DNA from: Callorhinchus milii
Lineage: Eukaryota
Length of the DNA stretch: 64,000 nt
NCBI RefSeq assembly: GCF_018977255.1
Contig: NW_024704742.1
Coordinates: 81,594,001-81,658,000, forward strand
Direction: 5' to 3'
Below, piece after piece: positions 37,099 to 50,535 of the stretch. The position numbers were made by a program, and so were the translations under genes. The notes beneath the pieces are model-generated. The model was not told the origin of the DNA, did not search any database, and saw only the letters and a list, made by a program, of their open reading frames with translations. The first letter of the stretch is position 1, and each line of letters opens with the position of its first letter.

Positions 37099-37774
37099 AT
37101 TAACGAATAAGAACATTTTCCCAAAGTCTCAATTATTGGGAGAATTCCAGAGAACGACAGAAAGAGGATAAATGTTACATGATAATTGCAAGCTACTAAA
37201 TCAGACATGATACATAAATATCTAATTCTGTAGGTTGCAAAGATAGCTGGGGGTCCTTGGAAATAATGTTTTAAGGCCAAAAAAGTTGACTTCTTTAATA
37301 TGTGCCGTAGGAAGCAAGAGATAATGGGAGACAGTAGTATCTCAATTTAAGAGAGTGCTGCCAATTCTGGTTTTATAGTGAAGTTACTAAAGGTTACAAA
37401 GCTAGGTTGAAATTCTGTACAGTACATAGCAAAATGAAATAACTAGGTGTCATAATTTGGGCAGTAGAAAATAAAAGATTAGTAAGTGTAAATGCAAAAT
37501 TTCTGTCATGATTTACCACAGATAATTTCAGGATATGGTCGCTGCATTCAATCCATAGAAAGGGGCTGAAAAATCCACATGTTTAAGGGTAGCTTTATTA
37601 AAATTAGGAGATGACATTGCTTTGCCTGAGACCAAAACATGTTATACGTACGTCTCTTTGGAACAACATACCCCATGGTTGGTACAGAGACGAAAATACG
37701 GTATATTTGGATATCTTTGGAACTGCTCAAAGATAGAAAATAGAAAATGTCCAAGTTGACTGTATAGACAGGAT

Positions 37775-38035
37775 CTATTGTAAAGGATTTAAAAGAGAAT
37801 TTCGGAGGGACTACTTCAAGCAGAGGGTAGTGAGAATGTGTAACTTGTTGACCGAAGCAATGGTTCAATCAGATAGTATATATGCATTTAAGGGGAAGCT
37901 AGTTATACACCTGAGGGAGAAGGGTAAATAATGATATGGGAGTGGGTAAGGAGTGGGTGGAAACTCACATAGCATATAAACACCAGCACAAACTGAATGG
38001 GCCGAAAGTTTAGTTTCCATGCTGTAAAGCTTATT
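37775..38035 (+). mobile_element. CR1 3' end fragment
   Basis: cagagggtagtgagaatgtg...gcatttaaggggaagcta...atgggccgaa...tttccatgctgta. Confidence 0.8.
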
Positions 38036-38114
38036 TAAATCTACATAAAGTTCAATCTAGTTTGAGCTGCCTGATCTCAGCTGAAGAAGTATCCAAACAA
38101 ATATCCTAACTCAT

Positions 38115-38335
38115 TATCTGGGGTCCCCAAGCCTTTGCTCTTTCAACCTGCACATAATAATCTTTGGAATTAGGGAAGCTGGGTGCATTCCTCTTTGGAG
38201 AGAGAGCATGTTCTCTAGACGCAGGGAAATTCTCATGTATAGGTGGTTTCCATATGTCAACTCCCAGCCTTTGTTTGGATATCTTTAAGCATGGTGATGG
38301 GTTCCGCATGTGTCAGATACCCACCTAAACCAAAG
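38115..38335 (+). repeat. Unclassified A-tailed retroposon family, copy
   Basis: ggatatctttaagcatggtgatgggttccgcatgtgtcaga shared with the other copies. Confidence 0.7.
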
Positions 38336-39199
38336 AAAATTGATGAAATAAATATTCAATGTGCTGATAAAGCCATTCCAATTTTTCCTTGGTGCTAATA
38401 CTAACCTCCACTGATTGATTCCCCATCTTTACTTTGCAGTATATGCTGTAATGTACTTTGGGACATCTCGAAGACGTAATAAGGCGTTATATCAAATGCA
38501 AGGATTGTTATTATTACTATATTATTATTATCTAAAATACAGTGACACATTCACTGCAAATAGATGTGTATAGTAATAATAATAAAAATTATAAACCATT
38601 TGATATAGCGCCTTATCATGTCATTGAGATGACTCAAAGCTATTTTGTACAGGTATAGAAATATTTCGGCTGCTGAGAATTGCCCACAAAATACACAGTC
38701 AATCCATTCTATAATATATTTTGTCAAACATTTTGAGATATCTCAATGATGTGTTAAAACGTGTATAGAACTGAATAGTGGGAAGATGGTGGATTGTTTC
38801 CAGCAGTGAGGCAAAGGAGATATCTCTTTTGAGAAGATTAACTTTGATCTTGACATCAACCTCTTCGCCAGGGCAGTAAACTGTACTTAAATACTAGCAG
38901 TCAGCTCATTGCCTTGATAGCAAAATCCGAAATATTGTCCAAACCCATACTGAAGATAATTTCACTGGACATAGAAATTCTTAAACATCTCGCTCCACTT
39001 GTCACTATCAATAATTGCAGGGATCTACAAAGTCAGCATCTGCTCCCTGATGGAATATTTTAGTCTTGTTTGGCTGATTGCAGAGAAAATCCATTCATTG
39101 CTCCTGGCAAACTACAGTTCAAAGCCATGCAGAACCAGTGAACCTGATGAGAATAAGAGCATAAAAAACGGCAAAGCCTCTGCTGACCTATCTGTCCTT

Positions 39200-39482
39200 C
39201 AGATGAAATATTCAACCAATGTCTGATTGCTCAGATGGACGTTAAATATCCCATTGCACTGTTCAAGAATTAAAGCCTATTTCTGCAGGTTTCCTGGTTA
39301 ACAATTTCCTTGGGTGCATTAATCATTCACTTCTGTGCTATTTGTGAGAAATTGCTGAGTGCAAATGACTTTGTAACATTCAGTTACAATTACATAGTCA
39401 CTACACTTCTCAGCAACTACTTGTGAAATGCATTCAGGTATTTGACATTATAGTTGCTGATCAAATGCAAGGATTATTATTC
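39200..39482 (+). mobile_element. Degenerate Deu-domain SINE
   Basis: cttcagatgaaa...gacgttaaatatcccattgcactgttc core plus gcaaggattattat tail. Confidence 0.7.
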
Positions 39483-39514
39483 TGCACTTCACCCACCCAT
39501 GCACTCTATCTTCT

Positions 39515-39670
39515 TTTATTGAGCAGCCAGGTGTCTGACACGTGTGGAAACCTATCACCGTGCTTAAGAATATACAATCCAGATTGAGAGATCTACATAT
39601 TTATGTCACTTACACATGGACATTTCCCTATTTCTGGAACGCAATATACACTCTCTCCCCGGAGGGTGAC
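39515..39670 (-). repeat. Unclassified A-tailed retroposon family, copy
   Basis: cagccaggtgtctgacacgtgtggaaacctatcaccgtgcttaag. Confidence 0.7.
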
Positions 39671-40494
39671 AATTCCTGTGTACCATAAGACTGACGACAA
39701 AGATGGTGGCTGACAGAAGTTCCTTTCTTCTTCTTTTAGGATTTGCTGAACAATGCATTTAATTCCAGCCTAACCCTAACCAATATCATATAAAAAATCT
39801 GTGAAATACTGCCCAAAATACTAACCTCGCTACATCTGAATCCAGCATTTGGCTTTGAGCATCATTTAACAGCCAGGGGTGAAATGTGAAAATGCACTCT
39901 CAACTGATTGGTAAATACGGAATGGAATTTGTTTAGTAATACTGACCCCAAGGTTTGTTTCTAAATAAATTGGTTGGAAGATTTTAAAATGTTTTGGGGT
40001 ATGTCTCAATCAGGCCAGTTTTTCACAATTTTAAACATATTTTAACATCCATTTATGAGTGTACTTTAAAGGATGTCTGTTACTGTGTGGGTCTCATGTG
40101 TAGAATTTCTTTTCTCTGCTTCCTCCCCTTAGGGGGAAAGATGAGATACTTGACATCTATGCAAGAGGTTTAGACTTTACTGAGAAAATGAGTTCATCTG
40201 TAAAGGACAGTGATGTTATTTAGAAAACATTCCAGAAGGAGCTGAGGTTTTATTCCCTCAAGTCTGGAAAGTGAATCAGCGAACCATACATATCCAAATT
40301 TAAGAGTGCAACTTTCACTCTCCTCTGGTAGATTCAGACTGTCAGGGGATGTTCATACTCTACTCAGGCATATTATAGTATAACACATGCCCAAGGCTGT
40401 TGATTTTCAGACACATTTCTCATCAATGTAATTCTCAAGGTGGCATAGCACATTTGTACATAGTTTAACTTGCCCTATTTTTTTCCAGTGTTTT

Positions 40495-40760
40495 TTTTGA
40501 TAGACCAGGTGTCTGACAAACGCAGAATGCCATTATCATGCTTTAAGGGTCTACAAACCAAATGGCCAAGAGTTCCACATAATTATGGTTTCCATTAGTC
40601 TGGCTTGAGTGCGGGGTCTATCCCTTCAGAGGGAAGCACTTTATATTCCCAATCCCAGGGGATTCAGATGCAGTTTGGCAAGAAATATGGTTTGGGAGGG
40701 TGCATTGAGGAGTATTGCTGGAGTTTAACCAACTAAATTCACTCTACTTGCTATTGCAGA
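40495..40760 (-). repeat. Unclassified A-tailed retroposon family, degenerate copy
   Basis: T-run plus ccaggtgtctgac...gatgcagtttggcaag...gctggagtttaaccaactaaa. Confidence 0.65.
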
Positions 40761-41509
40761 GAGCACTGGCTTGCTTGCTGCTACTTATTGAAAGACAACA
40801 CATCTCTCGAGGGCCTTGGCTTGCAGGGTTAACGGAGCTAAGTGAGAAGAATGATTATTCTCATCTGTACCTCCCTCCACCATAAATCTGCACCCCCATT
40901 TTACGTGACCATCCCGAGCCTTTTCACTGTTTGAGAGCCAATCTGGAGCAACAGCAGCTGAGTGTACAGCAATGCTCTAGGCTTGCCATCTCTTTTAATA
41001 ACAGAAAATAATTCCAGAATATTGCACATTTTTCAGAGTTTTTTTTGTTTTCATCACTTTTCTGCCAAGTACTGCAAGAATGTAGATGTATTTTTAATCA
41101 TGTTTCCAGAGCAGACATCCATCCATCAGGTTACATTACTGATGGTACTTGAGTATTGATATTTCTAACAGAATGTACTTATAAGCTCCTTTGAGAGTAG
41201 TACAGCCATTGGCAATGAGCAAATCTTTGAACTGCAAGCTGGTATGATAATAACCTCTTTCTCAAAGCACATTGCATACCTCCAATGAACTAGACACCCG
41301 CGCTCAAACCCCACCCCAACAAATCGGCACCTCCCCATGACATTTCATGTCTTAATTAGACCACTACGATGTCTTAAAGTCTGCAGTTTAGATATATTTC
41401 AAGGTTAAAATGCCAGTCCATTGGCTGTGAATGCAACTACCTTATCTTGCTAAACTATTAAGATAAAAAACGTGGTAGGCAATATGGCAGGGGAAAAACT
41501 GTTCTTCTG

Positions 41510-41880
41510 AAGTCATAGTGTGTTTAGACTGAAATCGGCATTAAAAACGTTTCTAATCAATTACACATTGTATGTATTTGACACTACTTGTGGGGAAACA
41601 TGGTAGCCAATTGCTATGGTGTCATGAACAGTTATGAGATGAATGACTCATTAATCTGAAGAATTGTTGGTCTGGATATTGGGAGAAACTTTATTCTCTT
41701 TTCAACGAGTGGCATGGGATTTGAATAGAGGTAAATAAGATCTTGGTTTAATGGCTAATCTGAGTAGTGACAGATGGACCCCATCTCCAACAATGTAACA
41801 CTCCCTCCCTCAGTACTAACCACTGCTCTATAGCATCATCCAAGACATGAGCTCCAGTCCCAACTTGGGTTAGTCCAGGT
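41510..41880 (-). mobile_element. Degenerate Deu-domain SINE
   Basis: ctcttttcaacgagtggcatgggat...cttggtttaatg is the reverse of the Deu core. Confidence 0.6.
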
Positions 41881-42225
41881 TAGCACAGAGGTAAATGAGC
41901 AAGTCACAAAGATTTTTGTTGATATAACACTTGAAAGTATGTTCAAAGTGAAAGTTTATCAATGTGTAAAAACGTTATCCAAACTAAGGCTACTTATGTA
42001 CTAATAGTGAAAAAGTAAGGGCAGAACCAAAGCATATACTTGAATGTTGTGCATTTTCAGGATTTTATTATTTTTGTTTTAAATTTCCATTACCCATGAT
42101 CATTTCTTGCAGACTCGATGCATTTTGAATAATAGCCTCCTAACTATCTGGAGTCCTGTCGCTGGACTGTGGAGTCTTGTAGTTCAATGGGTAGAACACT
42201 CGACTCGCAAACGAGAGACCTGGGG

Positions 42226-44080
42226 TACTAATGATCCCACACCACAAAATAATGAGCATCAGATACAGCCCTAAACTGATCAATCCTCTATCTTAGACAA
42301 TTAGATCAGATAACAGGGGTCTTAACAACAACAACAACAAGAAGATTCCATTTATTGAGCGCCTTTCACGTCGGGAGGACGTCTCAAGGCGCTGTACAGT
42401 TGGGTCAGGACCCGAGCAGGGGGGAAATGGTCAGGGTGAGGGGAGGGAAGGGAGGGAGCGAGGAGGGGGTAGAGAGTCGAGAAGGGAGCTGAAGGCACGG
42501 TCAAAGAGAAAGGTCTTGAGACCGGCCTTGAAGGAGGAAAGGGAGGAGGCGGCGAAGGCACTGGGGGATAGAGTTCCAGAGCCTAGGGGCTGAGAGGCTG
42601 AAGGCCCGGCCAACGATAGTAGGGCGGTTGGGGCGGGGGATGTGGAGCAGACCAGAGCCAGAGAAACGGAGGGTACAGGCGTGTAGGTAGGGGGATAGTA
42701 GGTCGGAGAGGTAGGAGGGAGCGAGGCCGTGAATGGCCTTGTAGGTGAGGGTGAGGATCTTGAATTCGATCCTCTGGGGGATGGGGAGCCAGTGGAGGCG
42801 AGCGAGGGTGGGAGTGATGTGGTCCCGAAGCCTGGTGCGGGACAGTACACGAGCTGTAGAGTTCTGAATGACCTGCAGCTTGTGGAGGGAGGTGCCGGGA
42901 AGGCCGGCGAGGAGAGAGTTCCCATAGTCCAGCCTTGAGGTGATAAAGGTGTGGACCAGAGTTTCAGCAGCGTGAGGGGTGAGGTAGTCCCGTAGTCTGG
43001 CGACGTTCCGGAGGTGATGGAAGGCGGTGCCAGTTGTGGCGCGGATATGGGGGAGAAAGGACAGCTCAGGGTCGAACAGAACCCCAAGGTTCCTGACTGG
43101 CTTGGAGAGGTGGAGAATGCAGCCTTGGATGCTGATGCTGTCAGCGCCAGAGGTGCGGAGGCGCTGACGTGAGCCAATCAGGAGGGCCTCAGTTTTGCGC
43201 ACGTTGAGCTGGAGAAAGTTATCTCTCGTCCAGGACTCGATGTCGGACAGGCAGGCTGTCAGGACATCGGTAGTCATGGAGTTGAGGGTAGAGGAGGAAA
43301 GGTAGTGTTGGGTGTCATCCGCATACATGTGGAAGTTAACCCCATGTCTGCGGATGATGTCACCGAGGGGGAGCATATAGAGGGTGAAGAGGAGGGGACC
43401 GAGGACAGAGCCTTGAGGGACACCGCACGAGACAGTGCGGGGGCCGGAGGAAAAACCATTTGTGGAGACAAAGTGAAGACGGTGGGAGACGTACGACCTA
43501 AACCACTCAAGGACAGGGCCTTGAAGGTTTAGGTGGGAGGACAAGCGGTGGAGGAGGATAGCGTGGTCGACCGTATCGAATGCTGCCGATAGGTCGAGGA
43601 GGACGAGGAGGCAGAGGGAGCCCTGGTCACAGATGGTCAGGATGTCATTGGTGACCTTGACCAGGGCAGTTTCTGTGCTATGGGCAGCACGGAAACCCGA
43701 CTGAAGGACAATGTGTATGTTTGTGAGGCACGTACACCCCATGAGGTGTTCACGTGAACCCAGCATGATTTTGGCCAGGTGATCTAATGTCCACACCATG
43801 ATTGGATGGACACAAGCTTAAGATACCGTGCCAGACCAAGATCGGTGCCCAGGACAGTACCTATTGTGGATGGAAGACTGATAGCTAGAAGTCAGAAGTA
43901 GACGACCACGAGGAGGGATTACGCGGTAGTATTGTTCTGTTAGTGAATTGATTGATTGTGCTACTTGCCCACTCCCATTGGGGAACTTGGACGGATCCTG
44001 GAGTTTAATAAACACCACTCTAGTAGCAAACAGTGGCTGTGTTTGATTGGAACTCAAAAAGGTTTTTGTTTTTCTTAACA
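42226..44080 (+). mobile_element. LTR-like segment (42226-42323 plus 43708-44080) split by an L2
   Basis: Flanks rejoin through ACAA microhomology; AATAAA at 44007; ends ...tttcttaaCA; the 5' TG end was not found. Confidence 0.35.
42324..43707 (-). mobile_element. Young L2, 5'-truncated within RT
   Basis: ORF 42501..43799 [15 protein letters not shown]...[10 protein letters not shown]...YADDTQ; small deletion near the C-terminus; (AAC)n tail. Confidence 0.97.
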
Positions 44081-46570
44081 CTTTTACCTCCTCCCATACC
44101 ACTGTCCAGGGCCTCAAACACAGATTACAAGTGAGACAGTGATTTACGTGCATTACCACCAATATAGTTTACTGCGTTCGTTGCTCACGATGTGGTCTCC
44201 TCTACATTGGGGAGATAAAACACAGATTGGGTGACCGATTTGCCGAACACCTCCGTTCTGTCCGCAAGCACAACCCTGAGCTTCTGGTTTCTTGCCACTT
44301 CAACTCTCCCTCCAACTCGCACTCTGACCTCTCCATCCACGGTCTCCTATGATGTTCCAATGAACCACAGCGCAAGCTTGAGGAACAGCACCTCATTTAT
44401 CTGCCAGGGACCTTACAGAAATCAATATTGATTTCAATAATTTCAGACCACAACAGCTCACCTTCCCCCTCTCCCTCTTCTGTGACCATTACCACATCAT
44501 CTGGGTTCCAGACACACCTTTTCACCTGTTGGTCTGCCTATTTTGTAGCAATTCCCCCCCTCCCCCACCTGCTCCCTTGACCCCATCCCCACTCCACTCC
44601 TTATCTCCCAGCTCCACTTTCTTGCCCCACATATCACTGACATCATCAACCTGTCCCTCTCCTCTGGCTCTGTCCCCATTCCTTTAAAAACTGCCATCAT
44701 CACGCCCACCCTGAAAAAACCCTCCCTTGATGCGTCGCAGCTATCAAGCTACCGGCCCATCTCCAACCTCCCCTTTCTCTCCAAGGTCTTGGAAAGAGTT
44801 GTCGCCTCCCAACTGCGCTCTTTCCTTTCCACCCATTCTCTTTTCGAACCCCTTCAGTCAGGTTTCCGTGCTGCCCATAGCACAGAAACTGCCCTGGTCA
44901 AGGTCACCAATGATATCCTGACCATCTGTGACCAGGGCTCCCTCTGTCTCCTCGTCCTCCTCGACCTATCGGCAGCATTCGATACGGTCGACCACGCTAT
45001 CCTACTCCACCGCTTGTCCTCCCACCTCAACCTTCAAGGCACTGTCCTTGAATGGTTTAGGTCGTACCTTTCTCACCGTCTTCACTTTGTCTCGACGAAT
45101 GGCTTCTCCTCCACCCCCCGCACTGTCTCATGTGGTGTCCCTCAGGGCTCTGTCCTCGGTCCCCTCCTCTTCACCCTCTATATGCTCCCCCTCGGTGACA
45201 TCATCCGCAGACATGGAGTTAACTTCCACATGTATGCGGATGACACCCAACTCTACCTTTCCTCCTCTACTCTCAACTCCACGACCACCGATGTCCTGAC
45301 AGCCTGCCTGTCCGACATCGAGTCCTGGACGAGAGACAACTTTCTTCAGCTCAACGTGCGAAAAACCGAGGCCCTCCTGATTGGCTCACGTCAGCGCCTC
45401 CGCACCTCAGGCGCTGACACCATCAGCATCCAAGGCTGCACTCTCCACCTCTCAAAGCCAGTCAGGAACCTCGGCGTTTTGTTCGACCCTGAGCTGTCCT
45501 TTCTCCCTCACATCCGCACCACAACTGGCACCGCCTTCCATCACCTCCGGAACATCGCCAGACTACGGCATTACCTCACCCCTCACGCTGCTGAAACCCT
45601 GGTTCACGCCTTTGTCACCTCAAGGCTGGACTATGGGAACTCTCTCCTCGCCGGCCTTCCCGCCACCTCCCTCCACAAGCTGCAGGTCATTCAGAACTCT
45701 GCAGCTCGTGTACTGTCCCGCACCAGGCTTCGGGACCACATCACTCCCACCCTCGCTCGCCTCCACTGGCTCCCCATCCCCCAGAGGATTGATTTCAAGA
45801 TCCTCATCCTCACCTACAAGGCCATTCACGGCCTTGCTCCCTCCTACCTCTCCAACCTACTATCCCCCTACCTACCTGCCCGTACCCTCCGTTCCTCTGG
45901 CTCCGGTCTGCTCCACGTCCCCCGCCCCAACCGCCCTACCATCGGTGGTCGGGCCTTCAGCCTCTCAGCCCCCAGGCTCTGGAACTCCATCCCCCAGTGC
46001 CTTCGCCTTGCTTCCTCCCTTTCCTCCTTCAAGGCCGGTCTCAAAACCTTTCTCTTTGACCGAGCCTTCAGCTCCCCTCTCGACTCTCTTCCCCCTCCTC
46101 GCTCCCTCCCTTCCCTCCCCTCACCCTGACCATTTCCCCCCTCCTCGCTCCCTCCCTTCCCTCCCCTCACCCTGACCATTTCCCCCCTGCTCGGGTCATG
46201 ACCCAACTGTACAGCGCCTTGGGACGTCCTCCTGACGTGAAAGGCGCTTTATAAATGGAATCTTGTTGTTGTTGTTGTTGTTGTTTGTTTTGCATTATCA
46301 ACTCCTCTTTTCCACTATTTTGTTGCAATCCCCCCTTTGTTTTGCATCATTAACACCTCTTTAACCCACCATTCCCTGTCCTCTACCCCATTTTTTCCTT
46401 TGTGTTCCTTGCCCTGCCTCCCCCCTCTCTGTGAGCCCTTAAAAGCCTCTCCCTCCCAACATGCCCCAGTTCTAACAAAGGGTTGTGGACCTGAAACGTT
46501 GACTTACTTTCCTACCTCCATAGATGCTGCCTGAGCTGCTGAGTCTTCCCAGCAACCTCTGTTTATGTTT
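44081..46570 (+). mobile_element. Penelope-like element 3' part (GIY-YIG at 44081-44450; 3' region resumes 46288-46570), split by an L2
   Basis: Frame from 44101: QVRQ*FTCITTNIVYCVRCSRCGLLYIGEIKHRLGDRFAEHLRSV...CHFNS...RKLEEQHLIY; decayed hammerhead at 46468-46504. Confidence 0.9.
44561..46285 (+). mobile_element. Young L2, 5'-truncated, with uninterrupted RT plus C-terminal reading frame
   Basis: Open from about 44564 (PTCSLDPIP) to the stop at 46129; [36 protein letters not shown]; stem-loop terminus and (TTG)n tail. Confidence 0.97.
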
Positions 46571-48007
46571 ACTTTACAGTATTTTCTGTGAAGCGCTTTG
46601 AGACGTCTCAAAGATGTGAGAAGGTGCTATATCAAATGCAAGGATTATTATTATTATATTATTATCTGTTCATCTGTGAATGGTGCAAATTCTGAAAGGC
46701 AACTTTTAAGATTGAACAAGGAAGAAAACAGAGTACATGTGTACGTGCGATGAATATGAAAGAAAACGAATCAAACCTGATGCAGCATATCTAACAAATC
46801 AGAAGTTGTGCCATGAGTTGAGCATTGTAGATTTTATGAACTAGTGACTGTTATATTGTCCTAGGTGAAACTCTGTAAATGATTCTACTACTTACAAAGT
46901 TAGGTTACAACAAAAACAAGTTCTGATATTTCTCACTGTGCAAAGTGAAATTGAATGACAATTTAAAAAAGACAAGCAGCTGTGAGTACAGTTCACTTAG
47001 TCATAAATTATTTGTTCACCTACTAACTGTAATACTGGATGTTTTTCAGGGACACTGAGAATAATACCAGCATCCCAATTGCTTCCTCAAATAGTTGACT
47101 GGAAACATGGGGATCGAACCTGCAACCTTGTGCTATGTACAGGCTGTCCACAAAGTCCTCTTACCCCCCCTGTACCAAAACAGTGCTTTGAGATTCCAGA
47201 GGAGCTGAACCAAGCTGTCAGAAATGAATTTAGCCTTGTCACTCCATTCATGTTATGAAAGATATCGCACCAAACATGGTGACAGATTGTTATCCGCCAT
47301 GAAAATGATGACACTCATACCGATCCTCTGTACATCTGGACATCTAAATACAAGTTAAAAATCTGTACTGAATACAATTGGGTACTTCTAAATACAATGA
47401 TCATCCTTCTTCCACATATTTCAGTACTTATTCTGAAACACGGGAGTACAAAAAAAGGGGTNAAATGACTTTGTGGATGTCCTGTATGGTTGAATCAGGT
47501 GGTCCCTTTTGACTTGTGATGATTTTTTAAAACTATTCAATGCAACTTACAAAATGAGTTGATACATGGTTTACTTTGGCATCCACACAAAATATTACTG
47601 GCTTTTCAAAGGTTGAATTTTGTTCTTATTTGTGTAACCAGCTTTTCTTTCTAGGTACAAGAAGGACAGAGGTTTGAAGTGACATGGGGATAAGGCACAA
47701 AAGTAGGATTGAACCCAATGCAGACTCAATGGACTGAATGGCCTCCTTCTGTCTCCTGGCCAACAATCCCCTCAGTAAAATTGATTCACTTCATGGATAT
47801 CTGTGGCACATTGCTGTGTGCAACGTGGCTACGGCGTTTGGCCAGAAAACACATAATCACCTCACTTTACAGTAAATGTTTAATGTTTAAATACCACAAT
47901 ACGACACTCCAGTACAAGCATTATCATTCTTTGTTAATTTGTTTGATTCATTGATCTCCAACCAAAGAAAACTGAGATCAATAATTTTATACAATTGGGA
48001 TGGAAAA

Positions 48008-48212
48008 TAACAACAACAACTTGGATTTATATAGCACCCTCCACCAAAGGTACGGTTGAAAAGAAAGGTCTTCAGCACAGACCTGAAAATGGGAAGGGAG
48101 GGAGCAAGACGAAGGGAGTGGGGAAGGCAGTTCCAGAGCCTCAGGGCATAGTGGCTGAAGGCACAGCCGCCGAGGGTGGGGTGGAGGACTCGGAGGACAA
48201 GGAGGTGGCCAG
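48008..48212 (-). mobile_element. L2 3' fragment
   Basis: AFSHYALRLWNCLP...LKTFLF; (AAC)n tail. Confidence 0.85.
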
Positions 48213-50084
48213 ATAATAAACATATTGCTATATCAAGTGACCTTGAACTCATTCAAAACTGCACAAGTTCTAGGTTGTCTTTAAGACTTATGTTGAAAAT
48301 ATTCTTCATGGGATGTGTTGAGTTTTCCAGGGCCATCGCTGTTATTTACATACCAGAAAAAAAGGTTTTTCAAATAAAGGATTCTATGTGTGAGCAAGTA
48401 TGTGTATGTATGTATGAATATAGGTAAGTACGTATGTGCAAATGTAAGTGAATGTATGAGCCAGTGTGTGTGAGCTAGGGAAATATTGCTGAAGTGTTGC
48501 CACTGTGGCTTGATTGAAGTGTTTGAAGTCCAGGACAAATTGAAGATATATTCCAAATACCATATCTCTAACAGAAGTATTTTGTAACTGATAAGCAGCC
48601 ATCACTGCAAGTTGTGAGTCTTCTTTACTTGAGCGAAGAATCATAATGCAGTGCAACACATATTTACAGCATAATTTCCCATTACAACATGTCTTAGAAA
48701 AGGCTGCTGATGATGAATGGTCAAACAAGAGTTAAATCTTTAAAACAGTAATAGTCATATTAAACGTAACTAAGGATACATGAAAAATGAGATCTGTGCA
48801 AGGAGTCACTTTCATTTCCGAGCAATTGACAGTTCGATTATTAGCCACTGCCTCTTAAGATGCCCAAAAGCAAATTTAATTAGTGAATTAAATTAAATTG
48901 TTAGATTTTTTAAAAATGTTATGTAGTTGAATTATGGCCTCAGGCGCAATTGTATCTTGACTTTATTTGTGTAAGTCTGCACATTCAGTTTTGCTTATTA
49001 CCCTATTCATTCAGCCAGAACAAGAGACATTTGTTTTTTTATCATCTTCAAGGCCATCGTACAATTCAGCTGTGCTAAAATTCTGATAAGTTTGCAAGTT
49101 CAGTCTTTGGAACAACTAAAGCTGTGCACGTTTGGCATTCCTTCCTCCTACAATCCCAGCAGAATTAACCATCTGTTGGGTGGCAGATTCTTTACAGCCT
49201 TGGGCCAATTTGTTTTGGTGAAATATATTCAGCAGATAATTAGATAATTCAGTCCATGGTAGATCACAATTAGGTTTTAAATGAATTGATTGTTACTTCT
49301 TCACATTTATTTTGAAAATATTTTATTGCACTCTTTTCTAGTGGATCCCAAAGACAGCTTATGTGCACCTATTGCAATTTTGTGCAAAGCCAGGCATGTA
49401 TAGATATACATAATTCATAACTTTTCATGTTTGAATTATGAACGAAAGGCTCTTTAATTGTTTTTTGGTGCATGTTTGCACACACTCCAGAAAATTCATG
49501 GCCATTCATTATTAAGAATGTGCTTTCCAGCCTAAGTGAAGTTAACTTCAGCCTTACAATTTCTCAAATGTACACCACAAGTAACAAATTTTATGTGAAG
49601 TAAGCTGTGAATAATCAATGGATTGACCAAGATTTACTGACCATTACTGACATGATTTCCCCCCTTAGCAAACCTGAATCACTATTAGTGATTTTGCAAT
49701 TAAAATAAATAACAAGTTAAATATTTTTAGGGAAGTCCTTATGGAGGAATGGATAGAGTTAGGCACATGCACTTTGTGCAAAGTTTACTGGTCCCTTCAG
49801 AGTTCAATGGGAAAACTAAATCAGCCCTGATCTTTCCAGGGATAGAGAGGTGAAAATTAGTCAAGATTCCTATTCCCCCTTTGTTTCCCTCTATTGGTTG
49901 TGTGGGTGGTGTTGCAACTGAGTTGGGAGACTCAGACTCAGCTATGACACTCTTTCCAGTCAAATGGTACTCACTGCCAAACCTCACACATAAACATAGT
50001 TCTTTTGAGCAGGGAACCAGAGGGCAGCCAGCACCCAGTGGCCCAGCTTGATGCCGTACCAGAGAGAAAATGGAGATGACCAGA

Positions 50085-50535
50085 GGCACAGTCAAAGAGA
50101 AAATCTCCAGGTGTGATCTGAAGATTAGTAAAGGAGGGGGAAAGGTGATGGGACTGAGGTAGAGAGTTGCAGAGTTTCAGGGTATATATGGCTGAAAGCT
50201 GGTGGGGCAGAGGGAATGAGGGATGTGCAAAAGGCTGAGTGAAGGGGGTGAGTAGAGGAGTGGGGTGTAATTAGATCAGAGAGGTACGGAGATAGCAGGA
50301 CATTAAGTCTACAAAGATTTACAAAGAATGTACAGCAAGGAAACAGGCAACTAGGCACAACCAATCAATGCTGGTGTTTATATTGCACATGAGTCTTCAC
50401 CCATTCCTTTAATCCCTCCCATTTGGTGATTTGTGAATTGAGTGTAAGAATCTTAAAATCAACCCATTCTGCAATAAGGAGCCAATGGAGCCTGGCAAGG
50501 AATGGGTGATGGGTTTGCGGGGTTTGGTACGGGTA
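50085..50535 (-). mobile_element. Degenerate L2 fragments
   Basis: PYLSDLI and LTRTKPRKPIT motifs. Confidence 0.6.

Noticed and set aside
39740..39800. Exon after strong pyrimidine tract and telomere-like TAACCCTAAC
   Set aside because: Stops in all frames within about 55 nt, no donor; the telomeric match is under two units.
45381..46175. Ser/Pro-rich 264-aa ORF (also 42431..43177, 17086..17592, 22820..23335)
   Set aside because: Alternative frame of C-rich L2 ORF2; open because of base composition.
47462..47462. Single N base
   Set aside because: Assembly ambiguity or contig join, not biology; adjacency across it is uncertain.
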